From positions 11,379,654 to 11,443,653 of the forward strand of contig CM082577.2 in the NCBI GenBank assembly GCA_040954595.2: a stretch of 64,000 nt of DNA, read 5' to 3'. Every line of letters starts with the position of its first letter. Positions within the stretch are counted from its first letter, which is position 1. Origin of the DNA: Balanoglossus misakiensis. Taxonomy: Eukaryota > Animalia > Hemichordata. The notes below the pieces were generated by a model. It did not search any database. It was not told the DNA's origin and worked only from the letters and a program-made list of their open reading frames with translations. Made by a program: the position numbers and the translations under genes. Positions 50,555 through 63,343 of the stretch are shown piece after piece.

Positions 50555-52097
50555 AGATTTGTAGCTTCGGCCGAGAATCAGTCCGAGACGCCCCCCAACG
50601 CTTCACGGTCACACCACCTTGATGTTAAACGAATGTCTTGTTCCTGGCCTTTTGACAGCGCGCATCACCATCTATGCCACCGTTACCAAAGCGTGTCATT
50701 TTGATCAAATTTGACCTTCGACCTCAACCCGACAGCTTTCTGCTTCCCTTGTTCAGAACAGAATCAGTGCAATTTTTTTTTATACTTTAGGCTAACGCAA
50801 CAAGAAGGGGGTACAAGACCCTTTGTGTGAATTATTTTGTCAATTTTTTCCACCAATTATACCAGACTATAAATTATGTTTTAATTATTTTTTAAACGGT
50901 TTGGGATAATTATCACTGCCCAACCTTAATAGACCAATGATACGCTATATGGTAGTCTTTGTAATCATGGGGCAGTCTATCATCTATGATGACTGATGTG
51001 TTTTTTAACCAGGGCAAAACGAAAGTAAAAACGAAAACTTGACTACAGTGTGTGTGGAATTATCGGCAGGTGGATTGACTAACAAAAGAAAAATGAATTT
51101 GTTAATGAAAAATGGCAAACTTTAATATCTGTTGTAAATGTAACAGCCAGGACTTTGAAACATGTAACTTGCAGGAGGTAAAGTGTGCCCTTTTCTGAGC
51201 AGAAAACACAGTCTAAAACAATGGTAAAATTACTTGGAGGATGGTTTTTGTCGGTTCTGTGTCAGCTAGGTTGGTCTCCGAGTTGTGTGGCTTGGTCAAA
51301 CGATCAAAATTTAAGATCCCACTGGGTAAAATTCAACTAGACTGATAAATACCACACGGGTGATATCACAAAATAGCAGGGGGGGGGGGGGGGGGGCAAG
51401 AAAAAAATCACAAAGATATCAAGGTGTTTGTGTGACATTTAAAAATAAAATTTCCAGATGATTTACAGATTTAGATGACGTGCTGTCAGTTGGTAACCGT
51501 GGTAACCAAAACAATCAATCACAGTCGTGCGGAAAGTTAGTGAAAATTTTGAAATTCAAGAATAACTTGTTTTAAATAAACAGTCAAAATTAAAGTGTAT
51601 TTTTCACTATTACATTTTTTCATGCCAATCACAGTAATTTTCAGGTCGGTTAAAACTTTTATAAAAAACAAATCACATGCAGGGAGCTATGTGAAGTCAG
51701 GATTATGAAAAAAATCAGTGATATAAATTTTCACTAAAATGTGCAAATTTGAGAAATAGCCTAACGTTCTCTCTTTCTCTCTCTCTGAGTAGAATTACGT
51801 GCATGTAAAAATGTAAAAAAAAATATTTTTAAAAATTATTTATTTCTTGTTCTTAGTTTCAAATACAAGCACATTTCTACGGAATGTTTTTTTTACTATA
51901 AATATGAACACTTTTGTTCAGAATGCCAGGCAAGGTTTAAGATTTTTGCAATAATAATCGTACATTTTATCTTCCTGCTCTAATGTGAATAATACTTTTG
52001 CTGAAAACGTATGTTAAAAAATGTTAAAAGAAGTAAACAGTCCACAGGGACAGCAACCTCAAAGCGTGTCAAAGGTCAGCGAGTTTACAGCAAGTTG

Positions 52098-52306
52098 TAA
52101 GGGAAGAACCATTTGATATTTGGGGGGGGGGGGGATGGATGGTGGATTTTTGGATAAAAAAAATTGTTGGCAGCTGCAGTGAATGGAAACATGCCTTGAG
52201 TAAAAAGGTGGACTGGTAATCAAAGAAAACGAGCTGAAGAAAAAATCGCTGTCATTCCCAAATCCTCCACTCCACCCCTCCCATAAATCAAATGGTTCTC
52301 CCCTAA
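52098..52306. mobile_element. PIF/Harbinger-like MITE
   Basis: TAA+GGGAAGAACCATTTGAT ... ATCAAATGGTTCTCCCC+TAA (3-bp TAA duplication); a related left end near 59393. Confidence 0.65.
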
Positions 52307-52560
52307 GTGCCATTTGATTAGCGAAACCCAGTATGTCTGGAATGTGCTGCAGTCCAACACTGCAACTTTCCAGCTAGTGAATATACATGTACGGGATGAC
52401 CTTTTCTGTTTGACCGAATTTTGCGGATGTTTGCTGCATTTGATACTTCGGAAAATGTTGACACTGATATTTCTCAGCGACTTTTTGACCTCCTGTCTAG
52501 AAAGCTATTCTGACCTGCTTGATACACGGCTGGAAGGTTTGTCTGAGCAGTGCCTTGGAA

Positions 52561-52772
52561 TACTGTAAAACACTTTATTTTCGCGAGCAATTAATTTTCG
52601 CCAAATACGCGAGAGCCAAAATAGCGTGAAAATAAAAAGTCGCGTAAATTGTTTTTGAAGATAACGATGCAGTGAATGAAATAAGAGAACGCGAAAATTA
52701 ATACTCGCGAAACAGTAGCCTCTCTCGATATCGCGAAAAATTTAACTGGCGAAAATAAAGTGTTTTACAGTA
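52561..52772. mobile_element. Family A MITE (CACTTT-TIR subfamily)
   Basis: TA+CTGTAAAACACTTTATTTTCGC ... GCGAAAATAAAGTGTTTTACAG+TA, perfect TIR. Confidence 0.82.
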
Positions 52773-55700
52773 TTATCCAGACTTTCTTTGACCTGAGCTC
52801 AGAAGGAGTCAGTGTTGAAAATACCCCAGTGAGAATAGCTGGAGTGTGCCAATGTCCGGATTGTGTTTCTGACTTTTCGAGGCTGGAGTATTGAGAGGTT
52901 GATAACATAATGTTAAATTTACTGGGGCTAGTGAACTTTACAACCAGAACGATAACCCTTTGGAAGATACCATTATTTAAAGGGGTGATTTATCCTCTTC
53001 ACATTTTGGTACACCCCCTTTCTTTAATGGTGTAGTCCAGTTTGAGGGGTGACTGGGTGTAGAGTGTATATTTCAAGAAATTAGTTGCTCCAAATGGGAA
53101 TGAGCAGATTCAAATTTCAGACTAGATTCTCCCCTCCATCCCAAACTCCCCGTAGGCCAGTATACACTTCTTTCCAAACACTAAATTTTTTAACACCTCT
53201 CTTGCCACCATGGGAAATTTCATCGGAAAACTGCATTTCTCACAAATATTTCATTCACTTTTAGAATAGCTGGTCGTTTTCAGCAGAAGACCTCGAAGTC
53301 GAACCGAATTGTAATTTTATACTTCAGTAATTTTTTTCAAACAAAACTTTAATAGTGGTAGCTTTTTATCTTCTGTATGGAAACCCAGTGTCAATTGACA
53401 AAACAGATTTTCCAAGTATTCTGAATCAAAAATACCAGAGATTAACTTTTTCTACTTTCTTGTGTATAGAGATAATAATGTTAGTGAAAATATAAATTGT
53501 ATATTATATCATAATTTTAAGACATTTTTAGCACATGAACTATATTTCTCTGTAGAACATTTATTTACATTATATGACATGTAAGAGCTGAATTCTGGCA
53601 TTTACCGAGTAGGCTGAAAAAAAATACCAAAGTTACAACAAACAGTGGAGCATGTAATACGCAGGATATCATATTTAAAGAGCTTTACATCATTCCTGTG
53701 AAACTTTGCTTCATAAGTCACGAGCCTTGTATAAATTGTGGAGAGTCCATTTGAGAAAAAAATGAAGCTATTGGGGGCCATGCTAGACTCCCTATCATAT
53801 GTACATTAGCAGTCCTTAGCAACCATGCCTCAGTATAAAAACAGTACACTTTTCTAACTGCTCTCTCCAAAGAAATATTTTGTAGTTAGCATTTTTTTAA
53901 TAAGAATTTTTGCTTTTGAAGTGAATAAACAGTAACTTATTATTTTATGGTTTTAAACGATACTATTCTGTGGACGTTCAGTTGATTCACCCCTTTTGAT
54001 GCTTAAGTGTATGGTTCAACGCCATGGTTCACTATTGGTGTGGGTCGACCCATACATGTGCGAATGGGGGTGAAAGGGTTATAACTGTTCAGTAGGCTGT
54101 CTGTCACGTTTTTACTATCATTTATGTCATTTGTCTTATTTTATCACAGGCCCAAGCGACGCCATAGGTAATTTCATTTTGCATTGGACTCACAAATCAG
54201 GAATATATTTTTTGTTCACATTTCATGCTATTTATAAACTCACATTAGTACTATGTACTTCATTATAGACCACAATCACCACTATCATCACACCATAGCT
54301 TTAAAGATTGATAAATTTACAAGGGCAAAGATGGTTTTTCTCCTATAAACTCAATCCATGTGCCAAGTCTTTTTTTTTATTAAGTTGACAGAATTTAATT
54401 AATAATTTTAAAAAATTCGAAATTTTCTGAATACACAGAGACCTCACACTTGTAAATAGACTGTCACATTTGGTATCACACAAATAGACAACACAAGAGA
54501 TTAAGACTTAATAAAATTGGCATATCAGATGTGTGTTGATTTTATTTTGATACACAGAATTATATATCAGAAAGATCTTGTATCGGGGAGACAATTAACT
54601 GATGGCTCACTTATATTCTGTACATGAATATTTGTAATGTTTTCATCATTTTTGTAGAAATGAATAAGTGGCTATCTCTGTTTGGGTTAAAGCATACTAT
54701 TAGACAGTAGAGGGTTAAAGGAAGACCATCGTCAGCTGTGTGTTCTAACAATATGTTATATTTTGTAGCTATTTCTGCTGCACTTCAAGCCCCAACAGCT
54801 GCCACTCATGGAATATATTTATCGGTATTAAAAATACTCCAGTCTTCTCCATCTGACAGACAAACACTATTTTGAGTTTGTGGAGATTCTTATAACTCTG
54901 TTTGCATAAAGCAATAGTTTTGCACTCTTGCAACAAGAGGCTGAATAAACTGGTGTGGCACCCATTTATTATTTAACATCTTCATATTTAAAGCGTACAG
55001 CAGCAATCAGAGATCGATAATACATTTGTGTTTACCCTTCAGTAAGCCTTACTAAGTGGACCACTGTAAAGTTTGGAAGTCAAATCATGAGACTAATACA
55101 AAATAGTGGCAGCTATTGGGGCTTTAAAATTCCTGAAGTTGTGACACACTAGACAAATTCTTCAGTCGATTACTTGGGCCTTTAAATCTGAATAATTTCT
55201 GGAATGTTTCTGCAGTAAGCAACCTGTCACAATATATATGTACAAATAAATAAATAAGTAAATAAACAAATAAATTTATCTTCAATTTATGCGTATGGCT
55301 TACTTTGATTCGTTAAGACCATGGCCTAGAAATTGTAGAACACAATTTACCTGAACAGGGTTCATGATGCAATTGAAAACATATTAATACCTGCTGCCTG
55401 AGACAGCTACAGATTCACATCTGATGGTGAAATCCATTGTGAATGAAGAGAGTGTAGAAAACTGCAGAAAAACCAACATCAATGTAAACTTGACATTTAT
55501 TGGCCAAGAAGGATCTTTGATAACTGCTTCTAAGAATGCCTGTTACATGTATTAATAACATCAACAAAACCCACCAGTGTTTTTAAAGGGGTGTGCACAC
55601 ACCCGTCCACCCCACCCCTTCCCTCCCCGTCCCTTGCCTGATCTGACACCAAGACGAAATTTTGTAACAAACTGACCTGACCTCCTAATGTAAATTTCAC

Positions 55701-56930
55701 ACAATGTTGTTGCAGTGTTTAACAATGCATTGATCTTACAATTACAAAAGTCATGAAAATCGTCGATACATATATGTTTGTTGTGTGTCTCGGCCTTCTG
55801 CCTGAAACATGTACCCTCTTTCAACTGCAAACTAAACATGTGAAATATATGCATTGTTACTGTTGGTAATGGAATTCATATCCAGAGAGCTATTCAGTTA
55901 ACAACAATAACATGCCAACAAAACATAAAAGACACCAGTATTTCAATGTAGTAATTAGGAAGTAGACAAAGAAATACATCTGATATATGCGGCAAAATTG
56001 TTTTCAAAAGTATGCAGAATTATGTGTGGCATTTTCACATGTATCGGTTTGGTTCAGACTTGCATCAACCATATGTGGATGAAATGAAAAAACAGAAGAA
56101 GTAAAGTTTATACCGAGAGAGGGCGCACACATGCTGGCTTTGAGAAACTACGAGCAGTCGTAGTCTGGGTCCCCTTTCCCCTTTCCCCATTCCAAAATGG
56201 TAATCTTCAGTGCTTGGAATAACATCGCTTACATTCATTGATATGCAACATAAGTAAAAAAACAAACAAGGAAATTAGAAATTGGAGAAATCCTACTCCT
56301 TCAAGAAAAGATTTGGTAACGTAATAGAGAAGACGGAAGTTTTTGCACAACATTAACATTCAACGACAATGACAGCTAAGCGTGTACGAGGGATTGAAGA
56401 CGGTTTCATATGTGACGGTGTTTGTATATGGTCTTTGATTTCTTGTTAGGGACAACTAGTGACATCAACATGATTGTCCATTGATATCACAATGCGAATT
56501 TCTCATCCCACAAGATTTCTAGCTGATATATATATTTCTCTCTTTCAAATGCAGTGTCATCTTCTTATTTTTTGCATTGTGTGTGTTTTCTTATAAGAAG
56601 GCTAATAAAGTTAATTAACAGAGGTCCATTCGAACCCGAATTAACCAAGCAGATGATCATTTGCCGTGTTTGCATTCATCGCCTGTGCGTGCATGGGACT
56701 CAAGGTATGCGCTAGTTGTTTTTATTTACTTAACTATGAAAGTTGTATTTAGCTATGAAGTGGATCTAACGCTAACCGATTGGGCTTCTAATTACCGAAC
56801 TGTTGAATTTGATGTGCCAATGAATATTAGGCGTACCCAGGGCGTATTACTGATCACAGATCCACGCACTGCAGAACACTGGTGTTTGGAACCAGAAGAC
56901 CGCCCTCAAGAACATTCGTTCCTGAAAAGA

Positions 56931-57180
56931 ATTTGCATAAGTAATTGAGATATTTGCATATGAATGCATTACTGGTTGGTCGGAAAAAATGCCCCTTCGT
57001 GAAGTTTTAATAGGAAAATGAGTAATTCAATCATCTTTCATGGAACACACAAACTTTTCCCATTTTAATTCTTCCCATGCCGTTTGTATATTGCCGTTCA
57101 GTACTCTAGCATTCATGATGAATTAAACTGTACCATGTGAGGTGAGAATGTATCGTCTAAACCGTAGTTAGAGTTTTGCG
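56931..57180 (+). promoter_or_regulatory. U2 snRNA promoter: octamer DSE and PSE-like element
   Basis: Two ATTTGCAT octamers (56931-56938, 56952-56959; about -290 and -270) and a PSE-like AAACCGTAGTTAGAGTTTTG at about -60 to -43. Confidence 0.6.
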
Positions 57181-57220
57181 TTGCTGGATATAGTCGGACC
57201 CCCTGAATCAACGATCCGGT

Positions 57221-57410
57221 ATCGCTTCTCGGCCTTTTGGCTAAGATCATGTGTAGTATCTGTTCTTATCAGCTTAATATCTGATACGCTGCTCACCGAG
57301 CAGCTCGATATTAAACTGATTTTTGGAAACGGGCCATGGAATAGGGGCTTGCTCCGTCCTGGCCACGGATCGACCCGGTATTGCAGTACCTCCGGGAACG
57401 GTCCACCACT
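57221..57410 (+). ncRNA. RNU2: U2 spliceosomal snRNA
   Basis: ATCGCTTCTCGGCCTTTTGGCTAAGATC, branch-recognition GTGTAGTATCTG, stems IIa/IIb, Sm site GATTTTTGG, loop IV TATTGCAGTA; 3'-box-like AAAAATAAGA downstream. Confidence 0.97.
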
Positions 57411-58034
57411 TTTAACAAATCAAAAATAAGAATGAAACCTCAACTATTACAGTCCACAGGAGAGAAATCTTCCTTTCGTGTACGTGCTTTTCGTATCTTC
57501 AATTTACCCACACACCACAGACATGTGTGCACACACTATGCAATCGTTTCATCACACCACAGTCCTTTCAAGCTTAGGGCACCTTATCCCATAAACATTT
57601 CATCCCGCTTTTGCCAGAACTGGGTGTGTATTCGGTATATGTTAGTATATATGTACTTACTATCGACTTACATACGAATAGGAAAGTTCGGAGGTCGCAT
57701 AAATTAGTAAACCATTCACCAGCTGCTGTGACCTTCATACAACACACAGAACACTGCTTTGGGACCGGGAGGGCATCTCATTTTGACGACCAATTTCTAT
57801 GACAACATCAAGGATGTTTCTGCGACTGGTTTCGACCTAAACTTGGCATCGAATATGTGCATTGGACGACCACCTGCTTAAAAAAAAATTTCAGTCAAAA
57901 TTTCACGAATAGGGCCTACGTGGAATACGTGGAGCAACACTGAAATTTCCAATTTATCGTTGGCTGAACTCACAACCTTCTAGGTTCTAGCTGCCATAGG
58001 CATTGTACTAAAATAACTACCACACAAAGTCAAG

Positions 58035-59781
58035 ATGTCCAACTACTTCGGAAGACTGATCAGAACTCGCGGCGCGAAGAACGTCGGTTTTCTGGTGGCC
58101 ATGTACTCCACGGCGGAGCTCACGCAACAGACGATGCTCGGCCAGCACGACGCGGCCAAAATAGGACGGGTGGGAACGACGTGTCTGTTGGTGAACGGAC
58201 CGGCCAACCATTTCTGGTACAAACTCTTGGACGGTGTTCTGAAGGGAACGTCGTCAAGAATTGTGTTAGCGAAGACGGCGTTAGACATCTTTGTATTTAC
58301 ACCTATCAGTATTTGTGGGTTTGTCACAGGTGAGTATTGGCTAGCCAAGCTGACACATTGTTACTTGTTGCGAGACGTCTCCCCAAGTTATGGACACATT
58401 AAATACCTGGTCAAATTCATTTCCGAGATTGCTTTAAATAGTCAAAAGCTTTGCTGAAAAATAAAACACGGCGGTACCATAGTATATTGGTCTTTTTTAC
58501 TTTTGACGAGAACTTGGGAGGGAGTTTGCGCAATTTCTTTCCAGCCTAATTTTGCATATCCCGATGGCCTGGGCCGTCTTCATCGTTCGCCCAATAATAT
58601 GTCCTTATCTTGGTAAATTATAAACCATAGACCCCCGGCGACGTCCTTCTCTGTGTGGTCTATGTAATTGTATAAACGAAACACATGCGTACCGAAGTAA
58701 TTATGTTAACTCACCCGAAGGACATACATTGAAAAATTGTCGACATTCGACTGTCAGGTTTGAGGAAAGTTGTCGCTTGCTGGCGCTCTTTTCTGTCAGG
58801 CTTGCAAGCTCAAACGCACATCGGACTAGCACTACACGGTCAATTCTAGGTCTTGCGATAAGATAGAAAAAGATAATAGTCTTATTAGTCGGAAACAATG
58901 TACTTTACACACAAAAAATGTTGGCTGCGGTCCCGCTAAATATTGTCAGAACAGTGCTTTTAGGTGGATGTAAGGAATGATGATTGTAATGTATAAGAGT
59001 GACCAGAGATGTCTTTGACATTTTTTAACTGAAATGCTACTTTAAAAATTGTCAGATATGCAGTGAAGGGCATTTGATGTCTGTCATCCACTTTTATGTG
59101 GCCTAACGTTTAAAAAATAATTAGTGTATATACAATTATAGTAAGCCCAACACCGCTCTCGTCTTGCGTCAAGTATGAGTATACTTGAAAGAAGATTTTG
59201 TGGCCCAAATAATGCATACTGCACACACAACGACTGAGGATAAGGCAAACCTTTGCACTCGTTTCTCGTCAGGTATGAGTATACTTGAAAGAAAGGCCGA
59301 CATCTTCGCAGAAGCAAGGCAGAAGACCTCCTCAACTTACGCCGTAGGTGTGGGGTTTTGGACTCTTGCGCAGGTAGGTTCTTGAACACTATCAGGGGAA
59401 AACCATTCGATTTGTGGAGGGGAGGGGGGGGGGCTGACCATTCACAAACTGGAACATCTTTCAATTTCCTCAACTAAAATTTTGCCATCAGGGACTGGTG
59501 CGCAATGTCCGGATGTGTGTCTCCGTTGTTTCTGACCATAGTGTCGCACGTACGTAGGCTTAACCTATGAACCCCGCCATTTTGTTACTCAGTTCAATAT
59601 TTGCGGGAAATCGAAGCTTTTTACTGATGATGACTACTATTTGTTCACACGCTGCAGTGAGCGATATCAACAAGTGTTATAGTATCTGAATTTGTAGTGT
59701 TGGTGGTAGTCGTGGTGGTGGTGGTGATGATGATGATGGTGGTGATGATGATGATGGTGGTGATGATGATGATGGTGGTGG

Positions 59782-59826
<45 letters not shown>

Positions 59827-61092
59827 CGATGATGATGATTATGATTGCCAAACTTACTCTGCATTTTATTTTGTTTTTATTATTTTATTATAGGCAATCA
59901 ATTTTTATTTTGTACCACCACAATACAGAATTATATACGTAGGCACTGCTGGATTTGTATGGACCAATTTTGTGTGTCACATCAAACATCAGGTCAGTTA
60001 ATATACTACGTAGTAATTTTCCAGACGTAAGAATATTGTCAATATCAAGTTTTTAAAATAAATTATATATCAGTGAATTTTAAATACAAAAATAGACAGA
60101 AACTAAAGGTGTTCCCATTCAATGGTCTAAAACCTCGTGGACAATGCTGAGTCAGCACTTTTCTCGCACTCCTGATGATATGATTTTCCTGTGGTGAAAA
60201 TACCCGAACAGCTATCACAAATTAAATGAAGCACGGTGTCGCGCTGTGTTCAAACCACAAACCTTTGTCCGCAAAACCGTATATGGCCAACATGATGTAA
60301 TTTAAACGCATTGTCTTGTGAAGGAAAATAATGCATAGGCATTTCACCTGGAATCTTTTACTATACGCGTATTGCATGGGAAATGTAGCAATGTGCTAGC
60401 TTCCTGTCACGAGCCGATAATAAGTGATACGCAATAAACTTGATGGTCTTTATTTCAGTTGCAACAGTTGATGCCCTACGATGGTAGTAACGCCCAATCA
60501 CCGAGTGACGTCACGGTTAATCAGGTGGGTTTCATAGCCTAAAAAGCAAGGATGATGATTCAGTTGTGTAAATTGCTTGTCGAGAATGGGTCAGAATTCA
60601 GTACTCTAATATCACACAATATAGCGACACCTGCTACGTTGGGACGAAATGTGAATGTTTAAGGAAGGTTATGCAGTAAATAAGTCGGTTTATATATAAA
60701 GTTTGGTTCCTAATACGGGACAAATACGGGATACTTGAAAATGTACTCTTTATTTAGTACATGTACTTTAGAATGAATAGATGTACGAACGAACGAATGA
60801 ATGAATGAATGAACGATCGAACGAATGAATGAATGAATGAATGATTGAATGAATGAATGAATGAATGAATGAATGAATCTAGCTACATGTATCTGGCTAC
60901 CTCTATCTCAGTCGATCGATCGCAATGCTTTGCTGCATGTAGTCACATGCCAGAGATAACTATACCACTTCTGTTTGACCAAGTACGATCTAACTTTTTT
61001 GTTTGTTTCAGATTACAGAGTCTGACTCGACAACAACTCCAGCAAATTCATCTGAAGTCGCAAATGATACAGCTACCGACACAAAGAACTAG
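58035..61092 (+). CDS. MPV17/PMP22-family membrane protein (MPV17L-like), ~213 aa
   Basis: Exons 58035-58329, 59273-59373, 59894-59992 (confident) plus 60459-60524 and 61012-61092(TAG) (less certain). Motifs GPANHFWYKLLD, KTALDIFVFTP, GMSILERKADIF, FWTLAQAINFYFVPPQYRIIYVGTAGFVWTNFVC. Confidence 0.85.
59699..59846. repeat. Compound (GTG)n/(ATG)n microsatellite in MPV17L-like intron 2
   Basis: About 48 alternating GTG/ATG triplets. Confidence 0.95.
60786..60878. repeat. (GAAT)n/(GAAC)n tetranucleotide microsatellite
   Basis: Visible tandem GAAT/GAAC units. Confidence 0.92.
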
Positions 61093-61929
61093 CTAACATG
61101 CTGGCCGACACGAGTATTTCTTGCCCGTTCTGTTCTCTCCCCTCTGAACACAATCGCCACAGGTGGCGCTATCCATGTTGCTCGCCCCTGCATTTTCATT
61201 AGTAACCACGTCAGGATCCTCAAATTGGTGATCACCTGAGACACTTTTCGGGGTTATGCCAGGCGCATATTCTCCACATATCACAAACGCAGATATGTAA
61301 TAGTATTAGCAAGATGTGGCGAGAAGACTATCTGTTTGCGGAGACAAACTTGTGTTCTGAGACAAAAATGAGATTATAACAATAACCCAGAACCACATAC
61401 ATGTACTGCTATCAGAGTGGGAAATTTCGAAAGTTACTTTCACATTACATGTATCATATGATGAAATTTGTTACGAACTTTGTTCAATCATACACAAATC
61501 ATGCCGCCTAGTCACATTTCAGGAATGGTTAGGGACTGGTCAGTCTCTTCGGCCCGGGGAGTGGGGGGGGGGGGTGGATTTACTATTTTGTGGCCATTTT
61601 CTTTAATTTTTGGCCATTTTGTCATAAATAAGTGTTGAGCTTGATATATTATCATGAAATATCATTTAATAGACATAATTAAAAGCATTTTTGAGATTAT
61701 TTAAAACTTTATTTTTTTTATCCAGCTGCAGCTCATATACCTTTAATGCTCTGTGTTTACGATAGGCATAATGTGTCACAAATTTTTCCCTGTCTAAACC
61801 TGGTAAGATACACATTTCAGTTCAGAGTGCATGATACAATGTTTCGATAAATTGTAAAATACAAATAAAACATTGATAAAAGACTATTTAGATGTGAAAG
61901 GTTAGTTAGACAAACAACAAACATAACAC

Positions 61930-62240
61930 GTTCAATACACTGGCAAAAAATATACTAATACATGTACTTATGAAGTATTAACAGTTACAATGCACAAAAA
62001 TACCTACAATAAGTAGTTGTAGAGAGCAGTGCAATTAAAAGAAGCTATTGACATACTTTCAAAATTGAACAAAAAAACACTTCAAGAAGATGACATCAGT
62101 GTTCAATACACTGGCAAAAAATATAATACATGTACTTATGAAGTATTAACAGTTACAATGCACAAAAATACCTACAATAAGTAGTTGTAGAGAGCAGTGC
62201 AATTAAAAGAAACTATTGACATACTTTCAAAATTGAAAAA
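61930..62240. repeat. ~171-bp tandem duplication; second copy split by an insertion and resuming near 63218
   Basis: GTTCAATACACTGGCAAAAAA...TGACATACTTTCAAAATTGAA at 61930 and 62101; the tail TTCAAGAAGATGACATCAGTGTT occurs at ~62081 and ~63228. Confidence 0.88.
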
Positions 62241-63220
62241 CAAGTTACCTATCGGTCAAAAGAGCTCTGCTGACTTAAACAGTGAAACCTATAGCTGGGC
62301 AATGATATGAATACCCTAGGTTTTAATCATAACAATTGTATTCTATTAAACAAAACCAAACATAGACATCACAAGTATTTAATATCCACATTCAGCTTGA
62401 TTCATTGTGCTAAAGAAAGAAAAAATAAAGAACAACATCAAAAGAAAGCACCAAGGTTCTAATTTGCATATTCATGACCCCATCAAAATTCCAATTAACA
62501 AAATCAGGTAGAGGCGCACCATAACTCACATTCCTACCAAATTTCAGCTCCATCGTACATGTATTTAGGGAGAAGATTTTTTACCAAAAATTCTATTTTT
62601 AGATCTAATTTGCATATTTATGACCCCATCATATCCAAATTAACAAAATCAGGTAGGGGCACCATAACACACATTCCTACTAAATTTCAGCTCCATCGTA
62701 CATGTAGTTAGGGAGAAGAAGATTTTTGACCAAAAATTCTATTTTTAGATCTAATTTGCATATTTATGACCCCATCAAATCCAAATTAACAAAATCAGGT
62801 AGGGACACTATAACACACATTCCTACCAAATTTCAGCTCCATCGTACATATAGTTAGGGAGAAGAAGATTTTTTACCAAAAATCTATTTTTAGATCTAAT
62901 TTGCATATTTATGACCCGATCATATCCAAATTTACAAAATCAGGTAGGGACACCATAACACACATTCCTACCAAATTTCAGCTCCATTGTACATGTAGTT
63001 ATGGAGAAGAAGATATTTACCAAAACTTCTGTTTTTAGATCTAATTTGCATATTCATGACCCTATCAAATCCAAATTAACAAAATCAGTTAAGGGCACCA
63101 TAACACACATTCCACCCAAATTTCAGCTAAATATGCCATGTCGTTTTAAAGAAGAAGATTGAAATACCAAAAGTTGACGGACGCCGGACGGACACTTATC
63201 AGCCTACTGCTACAGCTAAA
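62239..63220. mobile_element. Helentron-associated non-autonomous element (HINE/DINE-1/pearl-like) with five 145-146-bp tandem core repeats
   Basis: Units start at 62459, 62605, 62751, 62896, 63041 (CTAATTTGCATAT...CCTACCAAATTTCAGCT...GGAGAAGAAGATTT); short GACG microsatellite at ~63176-63195; starts AACAAG; inserted in an A-run with no clear TSD. Confidence 0.72.
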
Positions 63221-63343
63221 AAAACAATTCAAGAAGATGACATCAGTGTTATTTTACATTTTCAATTGTTCGATTTTACTGGTGTACCCCACACCTGGGT
63301 CAGAATACTGGCTGGCTTCCTTGATATAAATAATTGCCAAGAG

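Noticed and set aside
57181-57429. 82-aa ORF
   Set aside because: Coincides with the U2 snRNA; not protein-coding.
59645-59942. Poly-His/poly-Met/poly-Ile ORFs (also 11129-11455 and 36590-36992)
   Set aside because: Translations of intronic microsatellites and the polypurine tract.
62459-63165. Regular repeat array as CRISPR-like
   Set aside because: Whole ~146-bp units repeat with no unique spacers, the context is eukaryotic and no cas genes are present; it is a satellite-type core repeat.
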